A stretch of DNA of 64,000 nucleotides, taken from contig OX638154.1 of assembly GCA_951804945.1 (NCBI GenBank), positions 71,982,001 through 72,046,000 of the forward strand, given 5' to 3'. Every line of letters starts with the position of its first letter. Position 1 is the first letter of the stretch. The translations under genes were made by a program, and so were the position numbers. Under the pieces are notes generated by a model that did no database searches, was not told where the DNA came from, and worked only from the letters and a program-made list of their open reading frames with translations. Source of the stretch: Podarcis cretensis. Lineage: Eukaryota. Below are positions 1 to 11,634 of the stretch, piece after piece.

Positions 1-218
1 AATGCAATTCACTATGTCTGGGCTGCACTAACAGCGCATAAGGAAAAGTGATTCCTGACTAACTTATTGTTCTAGCCTAGAGCTCTTGGGGATTGCAGGG
101 AACTTTACCATAAATCGAATTTAACAGAGCAGAAAGAAAAGGGGGGGGGGGACACACACCCTGCTTCAGCAGACTGAGCCCCCATTTACAATTCTCTCCT
201 CTTTCCTAATCTTTGCAG

Positions 219-566
219 CACAATCAGAAGGGAGACCCTGTGAGTACAACTCCAAAATCTACCAGAACGGAGAAAGTTTCCAGCCCAACTGCAAGCACCA
301 GTGCACATGCATCGATGGAGCGGTTGGCTGTATCCCGCTGTGCCCCCAAGAACTCTCCCTTCCTAACTTGGGCTGCCCTAACCCAAGGCTAGTGAAAGTC
401 CCTGGCCAGTGCTGCGAGGAATGGGTCTGTGATGACTCCAAAGATAACCTGGATGACTTGCAAGGTTTCATGGACAAAGAGTTTGGTCAGGATGCTTCCG
501 AAGGAGAGCTAACCAGGAACAATGAGCTCATAGCCATCGTGAAAGGAGGGCTGAAAATGTTACCCG
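219..566 (+). CDS. CCN1: CCN1/CYR61 coding exon 3 (vWC domain + hinge); gene is 5'-partial in this window
   Basis: Acceptor ttgcag|CA, donor CCCG|gtgagt. Translates [72 protein letters not shown]...[20 protein letters not shown], the CYR61 vWC/hinge sequence. Exon number taken from the known orthologue structure. Confidence 0.97.
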
Positions 567-768
567 GTGAGTTTTAAGATGACCAGGGTCATGTTGTTCT
601 TCTGCCAGGGAGGGGGAGGGGGGATTACCACTGGAAATTCTTTCGTGTGGGGGATTATCTGTCTACAGTGTTTTGCTATGCATGTTGATGAGAAGAGAAA
701 CAAAGAGCTCGTAAGAATGAGAAATTTATACTGTTGTTTTCTCTCTCCCCCCTCCTTTTTTTTTAAAG

Positions 769-971
769 TCTTTGAATCTGAGCCACGCACTCACTCCTTT
801 GAGAACCCAAAGTGCATTGTGCAGACAACCTCGTGGTCCCAGTGCTCAAAGACCTGTGGGACGGGCGTCTCCACCCGAGTCACCAACGATAATCCCGACT
901 GCAGACTAGTCAAAGAGACCAGGATATGTGAAGTGAGACCCTGCGGACAACCCAGCTACGACTCCTTAAAG
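769..971 (+). CDS. CCN1: CCN1 coding exon 4 (TSP1 domain)
   Basis: Polypyrimidine tract + aag| acceptor, donor AAG|gtaaaa. Translates [47 protein letters not shown]. Phase is consistent with exon 3. Confidence 0.97.
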
Positions 972-1089
972 GTAAAAACAACACAGCCCCCTTTACGGTC
1001 CCACAACAATTCCCAGGTCGTTTTTGGGTGGAGGGAGCCTTTTAGCTGGAATTGCAACCTAACTTACGCTGTTGATCTCTTCCTTCCAG

Positions 1090-1389
1090 AAGGGGAAGAA
1101 ATGCACTAAGACCAAGAAGTCCCAAGAGCCAGTCAAGTTCACTTACGCAGGTTGCTCCAGCGTAAAGAAGTACCGGCCCAAGTACTGCGGCTCATGTGTG
1201 GACAGCAGATGCTGCACGCCTCAGCAGACCAGGACTGTCAAGATCCGTTTCCGCTGCGACGACGGAGAGACCTTCACTAAGAACGTCATGATGATCCAGT
1301 CTTGCAGATGCAACTACAACTGCCCCCATGCAAACGAGGCCTATCCTAATTACCGGCTATTCAATGACATCCACAAATTTAGGGACTAG
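1090..1389 (+). CDS. CCN1: CCN1 coding exon 5 (CT cystine-knot domain) to stop TAG
   Basis: Acceptor ttccag|. Translates [42 protein letters not shown]...[12 protein letters not shown], the diagnostic CYR61 C-terminus. Confidence 0.98.
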   Translation, partial: KGKKCTKTKKSQEPVKFTYAGCSSVKKYRPKYCGSCVDSRCCTPQQTRTVKIRFRCDDGETFTKNVMMIQSCRCNYNCPHANEAYPNYRLFNDIHKFRD

Positions 1390-2020
1390 GTTGTGATTTG
1401 TGCAGGCTTCAGCAGAAGGCTTGCTCCAATTTTATTTTTTATTTTTTTTGAAGTAACAGTGGAGAAATGAACTCTTACGGAAGTGGTGCGTTTGTCCATT
1501 GGAGGGCAACACTGAGACACATAAAAAATGCACTGTGCAACTGGATACTAATGCAACAGTTTGAGCATACTTAAAGCTTCATAGTACTGGAGCAATCTTA
1601 TTGCTTCATTTTGGAGCACTTTCATGATGACCGATTTCTGTTTGTAACTGATCTGTTTATACTTTGTCCGTCTGTTCTGGTTACGAAAACCTTCATTTTC
1701 TTACTGTTCAACATAATATCATGCTTTAGTTGTTGTTCCAAACTCTTGTTCGAGGTTACATTCCTTCCTAAGGTGGGCACTTTTGGAGTCCTCGCCTATG
1801 GCAGCTATAGGCACCAGCTATATATTTCATACCCACAAACAGAAATCGGTTCTTTTTAAAGCTGAATATTTTATTTATCAAAATGTAGCTTTTTTGTTTT
1901 TTGGAGGAAAAAAAATCCCTAATACTGGAATAAGTTGTAAATGATTTAATTTTATATTCAATGAATTAAGAGAATTTATTTATGAAATTAATCATTTAAT
2001 AAAGAAATATTTACCTAATT
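1390..2020 (+). other. CCN1: CCN1 3'UTR with clustered ATTTA AU-rich elements (~1870-2015)
   Basis: Several ATTTA/TTATTTAT motifs just upstream of AATAAA, typical of immediate-early mRNAs. The exact 3' end is inferred. Confidence 0.8.
1998..2003 (+). terminator. CCN1 polyadenylation signal
   Basis: AATAAA followed by T-rich and GT-rich sequence (tggtgtgttt ~2032-2041). Confidence 0.8.
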
Positions 2021-2534
2021 TCATTTTTAATATGGTGTGTTGATTTAGAGAAGCAGGAGATGCTATGGAATTTTAGATGGCTATGGGAAGCAATTTCTAA
2101 GAAAGGTTAGTCTCACTAAACTTATTAGCACTAGAGGGCTTCCTTTCAACTAAACATGTTCAGCATTGGCTTTTGAGGCTGCAGTCTTATACACACGTAT
2201 TACCTGGGAGTAAGTTCCATTGAACTCAGTGCGGTTTATAAATAGACATGTATAGCATTGCATTGTTAGACTTACTTTAGTTCTGCCATCATTTTACCAA
2301 AGAAGTTAGTAACTCTTGCTCAATTAAATTATACATATCTTTGTACTTGTAATCTTTAAACACAGCATTGTGCTTGTTCCAGGTCAGTTCTTAAGGATTC
2401 TAAATCAGAGCATAAACTGATTGTTAAGTACGCAGTGAAGCCAAAGTATTTTTTCATTATTGATGGCATTTCTCTAAAATGCAACATACTCACTCTGCAG
2501 CTAAATAGGTTGTTGCTAGTGCTTTTAAGGATTT

Positions 2535-2556
2535 CTGCTGCTGCTGCTGCTGCTGC
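2535..2556. repeat. (CTG)n microsatellite
   Basis: ctgctgctg... about 7 units. Confidence 0.9.
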
Positions 2557-3156
2557 TTCTTGCAGATGAATACATTTCTTTGTTTGTGGGGGAAAGGTTT
2601 CCTTCAGTCTGCAGGAGGCAGTTTGCTTTCACTAAATTCAAACTTAAATGAGCTTGAAGCAATTACTTGTGTTAATCCTAAATAACATGGTGATTAAAAG
2701 TAAACATGTTGTTAAAAAGGAAAAGAATGCTAGGAATTCATAGTATTTTTCCAGCAGGCGGAGAACTAGCCTCTCCTTTTGCCTCTGCTTCTCTCCCCAC
2801 CCCCCCTACAATGTAATGTCAAAGAGAGTAAAGGAAACAGAACTATTCAAAAGGAACAGAAAGCACAAACTTATATTTACTGGTCTCAACTGAGTTCAGT
2901 GAGGCTTCCTCCCAAGGAAGTGGATCTAGGTGTGTAGCCAAGGTCTAAACAATTTCAATCCTATTTTCTGGTGTTCAGAGTGCTTCAGAGTCCATAATTT
3001 ATCAATCCTCAACAATCCAGCAACAAAGCTAATTTATATTTCCATTCATAGTTAGGGGGCTTAGAGCTGATGGACTGGGACTCGTGCAAGGCCATTTGGC
3101 GAGCAGAGCTCACACAAATGCTATATACCTAGTCTTAAATTGGGCCAAATTGGCAT

Positions 3157-3235
3157 TAAGAGCATGAGGCTCTTAATCTCAGGGTTGTGGGTTCAAGATT
3201 CCTGCATTGCATGCCCCTTCCGACTCTACAATTCT
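3157..3235 (+). mobile_element. Degenerate SINE: tRNA-Lys(CTT)-like head + CR1-like 3' tail
   Basis: agagcatgaggctcttaatctcagggttgtgggttc resembles vertebrate tRNA-Lys-CTT. It is followed by ttcctgcattgca...ccttccgactctacaattct, resembling the CR1 3' end at ~14145-14190. Confidence 0.65.
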
Positions 3236-5921
3236 TTGGAAACCCTTTGGCTCAAGCTTTCGGTTTCTGATGTTCAGCTACGAGTGCTGATGCCTTGATG
3301 CAGCCAAATGGTACCACCCACATACAAGTGGGAAGTAGAATAGAAGGCTTGGGTGAACCTTGAAGTTTACAGAAACACACACAGAGAGAGAGAGAGAGAA
3401 AGAGAGAGAGCGCCAGGTATTCAAAAACAAACAAACTAGAAGGTGGGGAAACCCCAAAGCAGCTGATGGGGGCAGGGTTGTATAAAAATGTCCGGTAGGA
3501 GGGGAAATAGAAGAGAACATTCTGAAGAATGGCATGGCTGGCTGACTGGAATGCTGAACTGGAATGCATTCCACACTAACACTTTCCTGAAGGGCCCACT
3601 TGTTCATATTTCTCCTCGCACCTACGTTATAGAAAACTCTGCTAAAAGGGATTCAATGGCTGCTTTTAGATCCAGCCAGGTGGAGACACTTTCCCAAGGG
3701 ATTATGAGAGCACCATGTGCAGCCTCAACACACCCACTGCTAATCATCCATTTTGTAGGTCTACGGTAATGCCTTGAGGGTTTGAGGTCCTGACTGGTTG
3801 GTTAGGTCCTAGATGGCTTTAAAAGGGGGGGGGGGGAGAGACGAGACAAATTCATGAACGACAGAGCTACCGATGGTTATTATTAGCCATGGCAGCTAAA
3901 TTAAACCTTCCCATACGGAGGTAGCATACCTGTGAACACCAGGCATTCAGGAAGCACAGTAAGGAAAGACTTTTGTTTGTTTGCGGCATTTCTGAGTCTC
4001 CCCGGAGCCAGAGCTCTCTGGGTGATGTACACAATCTTCCTTAAAAGCTTCCAGATGCATTTAACTGTTCTCTTTTGGAAATGAGCTGGCCTGATTTGCC
4101 AAGACAGGTCTTGTGAGTCTATATGTACAAGAGGCTCTTTAGGCGGAGCAATTGTTAAACACAAGGCTGGTGTCAAGAGTTTGGCATGGCTGGGCGTCTG
4201 CCAAGGCCCATGGCAAAGTGGGAAGGCCCCCTGCCAATTCCTAGAGTCTCCTGCTCTTACTGCTCTAACTACCTGTTCACCTGCACTTTCTAAGTGAACA
4301 ATCAGGGAGAGGAATGATGAGAAGGAAAATAATATTTGCTTGCCTTGTCCTCTTTTCTCTGGAAGGTGGGGCAGGCTGGGGCCAGAGGGAGATGTAGCAA
4401 ATGGGCCGTAGTGACAAGGAGCAGGTGGGAACATCAGTGGGAGGTCCACTGAGAGCATCTTGCCCTAAGGTGCCCCCAAAATAAAAGCGGTGTGGGTCAT
4501 GCAAGCACTTCTTATATGAATAAGCCATCAGCTGAACACTGCAGCTTGATGAAGCAGGTCTAATTTGATCCCTGGGCAACGTGGAGTTGTTATTCTTTTA
4601 AAATAACAGTCCAGTGAGGAAGTTTCGGCAGAGGCAGACAGCTGGTTAAAAAAGCTCAGCGGATATTTGAACCCAGGATTCCCTTTTCAAATCTAGCATT
4701 CCTCACAGCTTCACATCTGTCATCATATGCACATGGGGGAGCTGTGTTGCTACAGTTTCACTACCGTCCTGGAGACATCAGCTATGGTTTCCAGCACCAC
4801 GCATGCATTCATTCATACATTCATTTCCTACGAAGGTCTAAGGCAAGAACGGACCACCAAATTGCTGGCGTGCGTTCGACTAATAAATGTAATACATCAC
4901 AATCAAATGACTAGCCAAGGGTCTCGATAAGCATAGCTTCCACTTCACTTTTTTTATTTTATTCTAATGGCAGCTCTCCTTATCTCTGCTCAGTCATGTT
5001 CCTCTCCCCGCAAGGCATTCGAATCTTGAGCTGGTTTGGAATTTAAGTACCACCTGGCCACCAATTGCAGCTACATCTGAACTTGTCTGTACAATATTTT
5101 TGTTGACAAGGGAGGTTTGAAACTAACTGAAGCATGTTTGGCCAGGCTCCTATTTAATCCCGGGAAGGAGCAATGTACTAGTTAAAAGAGGACTAAATGT
5201 TGTTTTTCCTCATGGAGCAGGGCGGTGGGTATATGGACAATGAACTGCGTTTTTGATACACCTGCCAGCTGATTTCCTGTGGCTGTGTGGAGACGTTCCT
5301 GTGCTCAAATGAGTGGCAAGTTTGCAACCAGCAGTTCCTTGAAAAGTTACAGGAATTCACCGGGTACTGTATTTCTGTTTGGTTTTTCATCTGAGCCGTG
5401 CATCACATTGAATCAAGCCCCTTCCAGCTCAGGGGCAGCTGGCAGTATTGCTCCTTGTCCTTCTGCTCTTTACCTGGATGTTAATAGAGGCACCGTGACC
5501 GTTTCTTAAATAAGAGAACATTATTATACACAGGTAGGAATCTGCAGTTGGGGGCTCAGAGTTGAGGCTTGTTCTCTCACAGTCTGAGGGCCACCACAGA
5601 ACGCTGCTGCAGACTGCAGAGGGGAAGGAGTCTGTAGAAATATGTGGACAATCCTGTAAGCTGATGCCAGCAGGAATTTGGCATGCAAAACTGCCTTAGT
5701 TTATTAGACTAACTGGTTGATCTCAAGCACAGCACTGTTTGCACAGATTGAAAGTAACTCTGGGAGATTTCAGGTAGAAGCATTTCCAAGCCCTGTTTGC
5801 TACCTGATAGACTGGAGATGAAAGAGACTGAGGCTGGGCTGTTCTCCATCCAAGGCGAGTGCCCCTGAACTATGGCTCCTCTCCCCTTTAAAGGTTGCCC
5901 CATGGAAAATCCACGTGGATG

Positions 5922-5947
5922 ACACACACACACACACACACACACAC
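5922..5947. repeat. (CA)n microsatellite
   Basis: direct reading. Confidence 0.9.
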
Positions 5948-6780
5948 CAACAAAGCATTCTTGGAATGCCTCCCTCCGTGGGATTACTAAGTCCAAAGAC
6001 ATTATACTGGAAAAGGCAGAATGTTTCAGGACGATCCAATGGCTTACAGAAATTGCAGTTTGCCAAACTTTGGTTGCTCAAGCTCTTTCGTAACCTCTCA
6101 TCAGGAAAATTCTCATGATTGCCATTCCTGAAGTCTTCTATGCAACCAAAGACCCAGCAGTGTCAATATCTTCAGTGGCTTCCAGATGGGTTACAGATAT
6201 CAAAAATTCCCTGCCTTTTTATATCCCCCTACACCATGGGCAACCCCGGCTAATGAGATAAGGAGTGAAAGCAACATAACTGTAGGCAGAAGATCCTATT
6301 AATCTTCCAGTTGCCTGACAAATTGCAAGGTCCCCTTTTCAATGGTAAAACTGAGAATGGAGAAAAGAGAGAGGAAAAAGCAATCTATTCTGAGCTAGGG
6401 CTGTGATTGTAGCTAATTATTTATACAGCAGTTTTAGATTGCACAACACTTCACAGTTTTTAACTGTGCTGGCCTACACAACAGTCTGTGTTGTAGGGGA
6501 TTATTACTCCAATTATACAGATGAGAGACATGATGCTACTTCTGCTCTCACGGTGCCTAAATGATCCCTTAGCTCTACTAGTGCTCTGTCCCTTCCGAGG
6601 TCAGCTGTGAATACGCAGAGAACATTGTGGAGTCCCAGAGAGACATTTCATTTACATTCATCACTGGGCTTAAAATACCCTCCAAAATTAAGGGACTTTC
6701 CAGTGAAATATGCAGTCCCCTTCCATCACTTGTTTCTCCCCACCCGCCTCCAGCCACCACAGAGGCACCTCCTCCATCCC

Positions 6781-7352
6781 AGTCAGGGTACACCATAAAA
6801 GGCAGTATAGAAGCCCCAAACGTCTGCCTCCACAGCCACAGGGGGATATCTCTGTCTTTATTCAAGGAAACGGCAACACTTCCCAGCAAGTCTTGCCCCT
6901 GTGGAGCAGTTGCCAGGACTGAAGGGGCTCCCGCCTTCCATTCTTTCTAAGGCTCCTCCTCTCCTGGATGTTTCCCAAGCAGTTTCAACCTGCGTCTGCA
7001 CACCTCTGGTCTCTGTTCTGCCCTCCTCATTATTCTGCGCGTTCTTAGAGACCGGGGGAGGGGGAAGGGAGCTTTTCACAGCAGGAGCGGGAGAGTCCCT
7101 GGCTTCTTCAGCAGCCTCTTAAGCCCCCTCCTCTGCTTCAGCCTTGGAGTCTGAACTGCTCCCATTCACCAGCTCTTCCTGCTCACTAAACCCTGTTGCC
7201 CCTTCAGCACCTTCTCCCAATCCTCTTCCTCCGACTTCTCCTCAGTGTCCCACCACCAATCCCCTGGCTTTGAGCCTTCCTCCTCTAGGGTTTCCCTTGG
7301 GGGTTCCCCGACTGGTGTCTCCCTTCACTCTTCGTCCACCCAGTCCCTGACA
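6781..7352 (-). mobile_element. Degenerate solo LTR (probably Gypsy-type)
   Basis: Minus strand starts TGTCAGGGAC. The other end (agtcaggg at 6781) is its near inverted repeat. AATAAA on the minus strand (6857-6862) and purine-rich U3. No TSD found, so the left boundary is uncertain. Confidence 0.65.
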
Positions 7353-8789
7353 TTATATCAGCAGCTTCGCCCAACTACAATTTCCCGGGTTTGTTTGTGT
7401 GTGTTATTAAGTGAGTATGTATATTTTTTTACTTTTTATCCATGGTTGATTAGGGCCTTTCACATTTACCGTATTACAATAGAACAGTACACCAAGTCCC
7501 TTAGCCTCCCTCCCTCCAACCTGATTCATGCCTTAAAAAAAAAAAATAGCTACAGTATTATCACATCTGATATTGGGTTGCTTGGCATGCTTTACAGTGC
7601 TCAGATTTGCATGCTCAGAGGTTATCCCCAGATTTCATGTCAGTTAACTTGGCATAGTCTATGACTCTGTAAATGGTTGATAGAAAGGATGCAGAAGACT
7701 ACAACTTCCACCGGCCCCCGCCAGAATGGCCAATATCAAGGGATGATGGGAGTTGTAGTCCAAAACTGCCTGGAGGACACCGGGTTGACGAAGGCTGAAT
7801 TAAAATAATATGAACATTACTTCACCCATCTTTCTTGTGAACTTCTATTCCCTTTACTGAATTGGCTGGAAGTCACAAGGAGCCACCCTTGTGCTACAGC
7901 AAAACAGGCAAGCCTGGAAACATTCTCGAGAGAGAGTATGCTAGATTATGTCAGCTCAAGAAGCACAATGATTTATTACTGGGTGTCAATGTGGTATCCA
8001 TAAGTAAATAACAAGGATGCTCCCCACTCCCTGCAGTTTCCTTCTTCCGAGATTACAAATTACACGAAGAATTTTATGTTGTCATAAACAGGAAAAAACA
8101 TGAAGCCCAGCCTTCGCCCACCCTGGTTTCGGCAATGCAGTAATTGTCTCAAACGTCTTGCTCACAAACATGACAACTCTCTGTGTGCACATATTAAACC
8201 TTGCAATACTTGTAATATTCCACACTCTGAAATATTTCGCATACCCTCCAACTGCCCCCAAAATACCAGGATCGTCACAAAGAGTCCCGAATTCCCAAGG
8301 GACATTCCTTGCAGTACAGCGTTTCAGTGTGTTACTGGAAGTTCAGATCTAACACATTTCTTCGCTCTATCCCTCCCACTCCATTCCCTGCTCCACTCAA
8401 TATGGCGTCACTTCCTGTTTCTATCAATTTTGTAGATGACGATGATGCTACTGGGTTTGACTAGATGGTCCAACTCAAGTGTCGTCAATATGGTGGTGCC
8501 TTTCAGTCTTTAGACTACAACTCCCATTGAGTATGGCCAATGGCAAGGAAAGATGGGAGCTGTAGTCTCCCAATTCATTATTTTAGCGGATGGGGAGGAT
8601 TACAGCCTTGCTGCCCTGCTCCACGCAACTCTAAATTCCACAACTGAAGCCAGGTACAGAATCCAAGGAGGAAGACTAAGGAACACGCAGAACTTGGGAA
8701 GTTTGCTATGACCAGCCTGCAAAGCACTTCCCAGATAACGGCTTGCATCTCTTCCGGCTTTGGCTGTTTACAAAGTGTGCCGGTGGTAT

Positions 8790-9190
8790 TTATTGCTCTC
8801 TGTTATCAGGTTTCTATTCATATCTTTCAGCTTGTTTCGCCTGAGAATGCGGACAAGATTCTTGTTGGAGTGCAGCCAACTATGTGTGTGTTTGACCCTT
8901 ATTCATCCCAGCTGATTAGGACAGCAAGGCTGGGAAGGGCCGACGGGTCGCTAGAGGTTGTTAATGCATCACCGAGGGAGGGTGATGTTCCAAGTGTTTT
9001 AAAGAAAGTGGCAATACATCTCTTCTTGGAAAAGTAATTGCTCAGAATGTCCTGATTGGGGTAAGTATAATCCATTCTTCAATATTTTACCCTTGGGCCA
9101 AGGGTCTGGTTTTAGGTGCAACACAGCAACACCACGAGGCATCATGACACCAATTTGGAAGCTGGTTAAAGCAGTTGTCTCCACAAGGAG
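8790..9190 (+). mobile_element. Old L2-clade LINE ORF2 fragment
   Basis: Translates FQLVSPENADKILVGVQPTMCVFDPYSSQLI...EVVNASPREGDVPSVLKKVAIHLFLEK, matching the pre-RT L2 pattern (xPTTCxLDPxPSWLxK...VNxSLxxGxVPxxLKxAxVxPLLKK). Confidence 0.7.
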
Positions 9191-9205
9191 ATCTCTTTTC
9201 AATTA

Positions 9206-9464
9206 CCGTATTTTACTCTCTATAAGACGCACCAGACCATAAGACGCACCTAGTTTTTGGAGGAGGGAAACAAGAAAAAAAATATTCTGACTCTCAGAGG
9301 CCAGAACAACAAGAGGGATCACTGCGCAGCGAAAGCAGCGAATCCTCTTGCTGTTCTGGCTTCTGGGATAGCTGTGCAGCCTGCATTTGCTCCATAAGAC
9401 GCACACACATTTCCCCTTACTTTTTAGGAGGGAAAAAGTGAGTCTTATAGAGCAAAAAATACGG
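9206..9464. mobile_element. Non-autonomous Tc1/mariner-superfamily MITE (CCGTATTTT TIR family)
   Basis: TIRs ccgtattttactctctataagac / gtcttatagagcaaaaaatacgg, TA on both sides. Near-identical inverted copy at 57040-57298. Confidence 0.9.
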
Positions 9465-11287
9465 TAGCTAATACTCTGCTGAAGGAATTAATAAAGCTAT
9501 GTTGCACAGTTCCTTCTGTCAGCTTAGAAATGTAGAATAAAGTTGTCTAGATGAGCAGGGCTGGCTTGTTTCCTGCTGCCTCTGGGACTGCTGTGGTGGT
9601 GAAGGCCTAGAATTGAGGGAGTTTCTACAAAGGAGTTGTCTGTATCTGATGTACCTAGCTGCACATTATGCATTAGAGTGAGGGCACCAACTGGCAACAT
9701 TGCCATCATCCAAAATATATTAGGGAGCGGTTACCAGGCCTTAGCTCCCCAATATACTATGTGTTGCTTTGAGCAAATACTAACATTATATTTCTACTGG
9801 CAGTAGGGGAAGCCATAAGGCACCTGTGTTTATAGAAATCATGGGTGAGAAGTCTACTCTCAGGCATCTGATGAGCTATGATGTTGTTGCTATTTCTGCT
9901 GATGTTATCTGCATTACTTTTCTATGAGCTGGGGTGAATTTATTACTATATGGATGACTGGTGTTTTTACCACCTTGTTTTAAATCCTATATATCTTATA
10001 TTTGTGGAAGTTGCTCTGAGACGTCCTGAGAAAGGTGTCTCGAAAAATTTAAAACGATGAGGATAAATGTGGGCTATTGAACTCTCACCAAATGAACAAT
10101 ATGGCATATGGTAGGGAAGCCGCTTCGGAAATGAATGAAAAAGATGAGAAATGCTCTAATTCGTTGGAAGTGTTGGAGAAACAGAATTAAAACTGGCAGT
10201 ACTCAACACAATCAGATGATTTCTGGGAATATCAAGGATTGGTGGCATCTGCAGTACAGATGTAGGAAGAAACCAAAGTGGAGGACCAGAGCCAGTTGAA
10301 CCTAGTAAGGAGGTATGATTCCTAGTAATGGTGTCTGATGATTAATAAATGCTGAGCATGTATTAGGATTTCTGGACTTTATGACATTTACATTCCTGAC
10401 ATTTTGAGTCCGGTCGTTGACAACTTTATAGGCTCGTCAAGGGATTGATGAAGTCAGAATCTGGTGGAACTCTGCATGGACAACCAGGTTTGGCTTAATG
10501 ACTAGTCTAAAGGTCATTTGTGCCAAAATGGGTCTTGCCCCACCATGTAGGAATCACTGGTACAAAGTGTGTGCTACGGCCCCTGCATCACACATTCCAT
10601 TGGAGACAAGGTGAGAGGAGACCAAAGAAACACCACACATAAGGGGGCTGTACAGCAGCAGACTGCATAGGATTTTGCGTGTGTTTGTGTTTGTACATTG
10701 ATCGAATTAGTCACACAAACCACCTGGGAAGCTCAAGTGCCTGGCTTTTGAATTCGTTTTCTATTTGGGTTTTTATAGCAACCTGGTGGCATGTCCAAAG
10801 CATAATTAGGCAAGCAGGCATGTAGCAAGGACAGTAGCAATGGATTTCCCAACCTTAAAGTTTGACCTCGAATACAGAAGTCAAACTGCTATGCCTTGCC
10901 GACTGCCTTCCCTTCAAAAGAGAGCAGCAACACAAATCCAAGTGATGGAAATGAGGGCAAGGAAAATGTTTCTTCCCTGCCAAGGCAATCCGCTCACTGC
11001 AATCCTTTTAAACTCAGGTGACTACTGACATTTCAACATCTCCTGGATGAGAACATGCATTTCCTGTAGAGAAGCCTTCTCCAAGCTGGTGTCCTCCAGA
11101 TGTTTCAGGCTAAAAACTCCCATTGGCTTCAGCTAGCACAGCTGTTGAAATTTGAGGCATCGACTTGGAGGCAGCAAGTTGGGAATGGCTGCTAGAGGCA
11201 GTTGTTTCCTCCACTCTCCTGAATCAGTACTCCCATCATCATCATAAAAATATATTTATGAAAATTATTGGTACACTACCTTTGATA

Positions 11288-11634
11288 GGGACGGGGGTGG
11301 CGCTGTGGGTTAAACCACAGAGCCTAGGACTTGCTGACCAGAAGGTCGGCAGTTCGAATCCCCGCGACGGGGTGAGCTCCCGTTGCTCAATCCCTGCTCC
11401 TGCCAACCTAGCAGTTCGAAAGCACATCCAAGTGCAAGTAGATAAATAGGTACCGCTCTGGCGGGAAGGTAAACGGCATTTCCGTGCGCTGCTCTGGTTT
11501 GCCAGAAGTCATGCTGGCCACATGACCCGGAAGCTGTTCGCCGGCTCCCTCGGCCAGTAAAGCGAGATGAGCACCGCAACCCCAGAGTCGGTCATGACTG
11601 GACCTAATGGTCAGGGGTCCCTTTACCTTTACCT
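11288..11634 (+). mobile_element. Full-length Sauria SINE
   Basis: Head gggacgggggtggcgctgtgggttaaacc, B-box gttcgaatccc, (ACCTTT)n tail. TSD tacctttgat at 11277-11286 and 11635-11644. Confidence 0.92.

Noticed and set aside
567-1109. 180-aa ORF as a separate gene
   Set aside because: It is CCN1 intron 3 + exon 4 + intron 4 read through; the real structure is spliced.
3157-3200. tRNA-Lys gene
   Set aside because: Acceptor stem and 5' end are missing and it is fused to a CR1 tail, so it is a SINE head, not a functional tRNA. No intact tRNA, rRNA or snoRNA was recognised in the window.
7697-8567. Hairpins gactacaac...gttgtagtc (7697-7762, 8512-8567) as miRNA precursors
   Set aside because: Recurrent palindromic squamate repeat remnants (also ~11080-11200); dispersed copies indicate a MITE origin.
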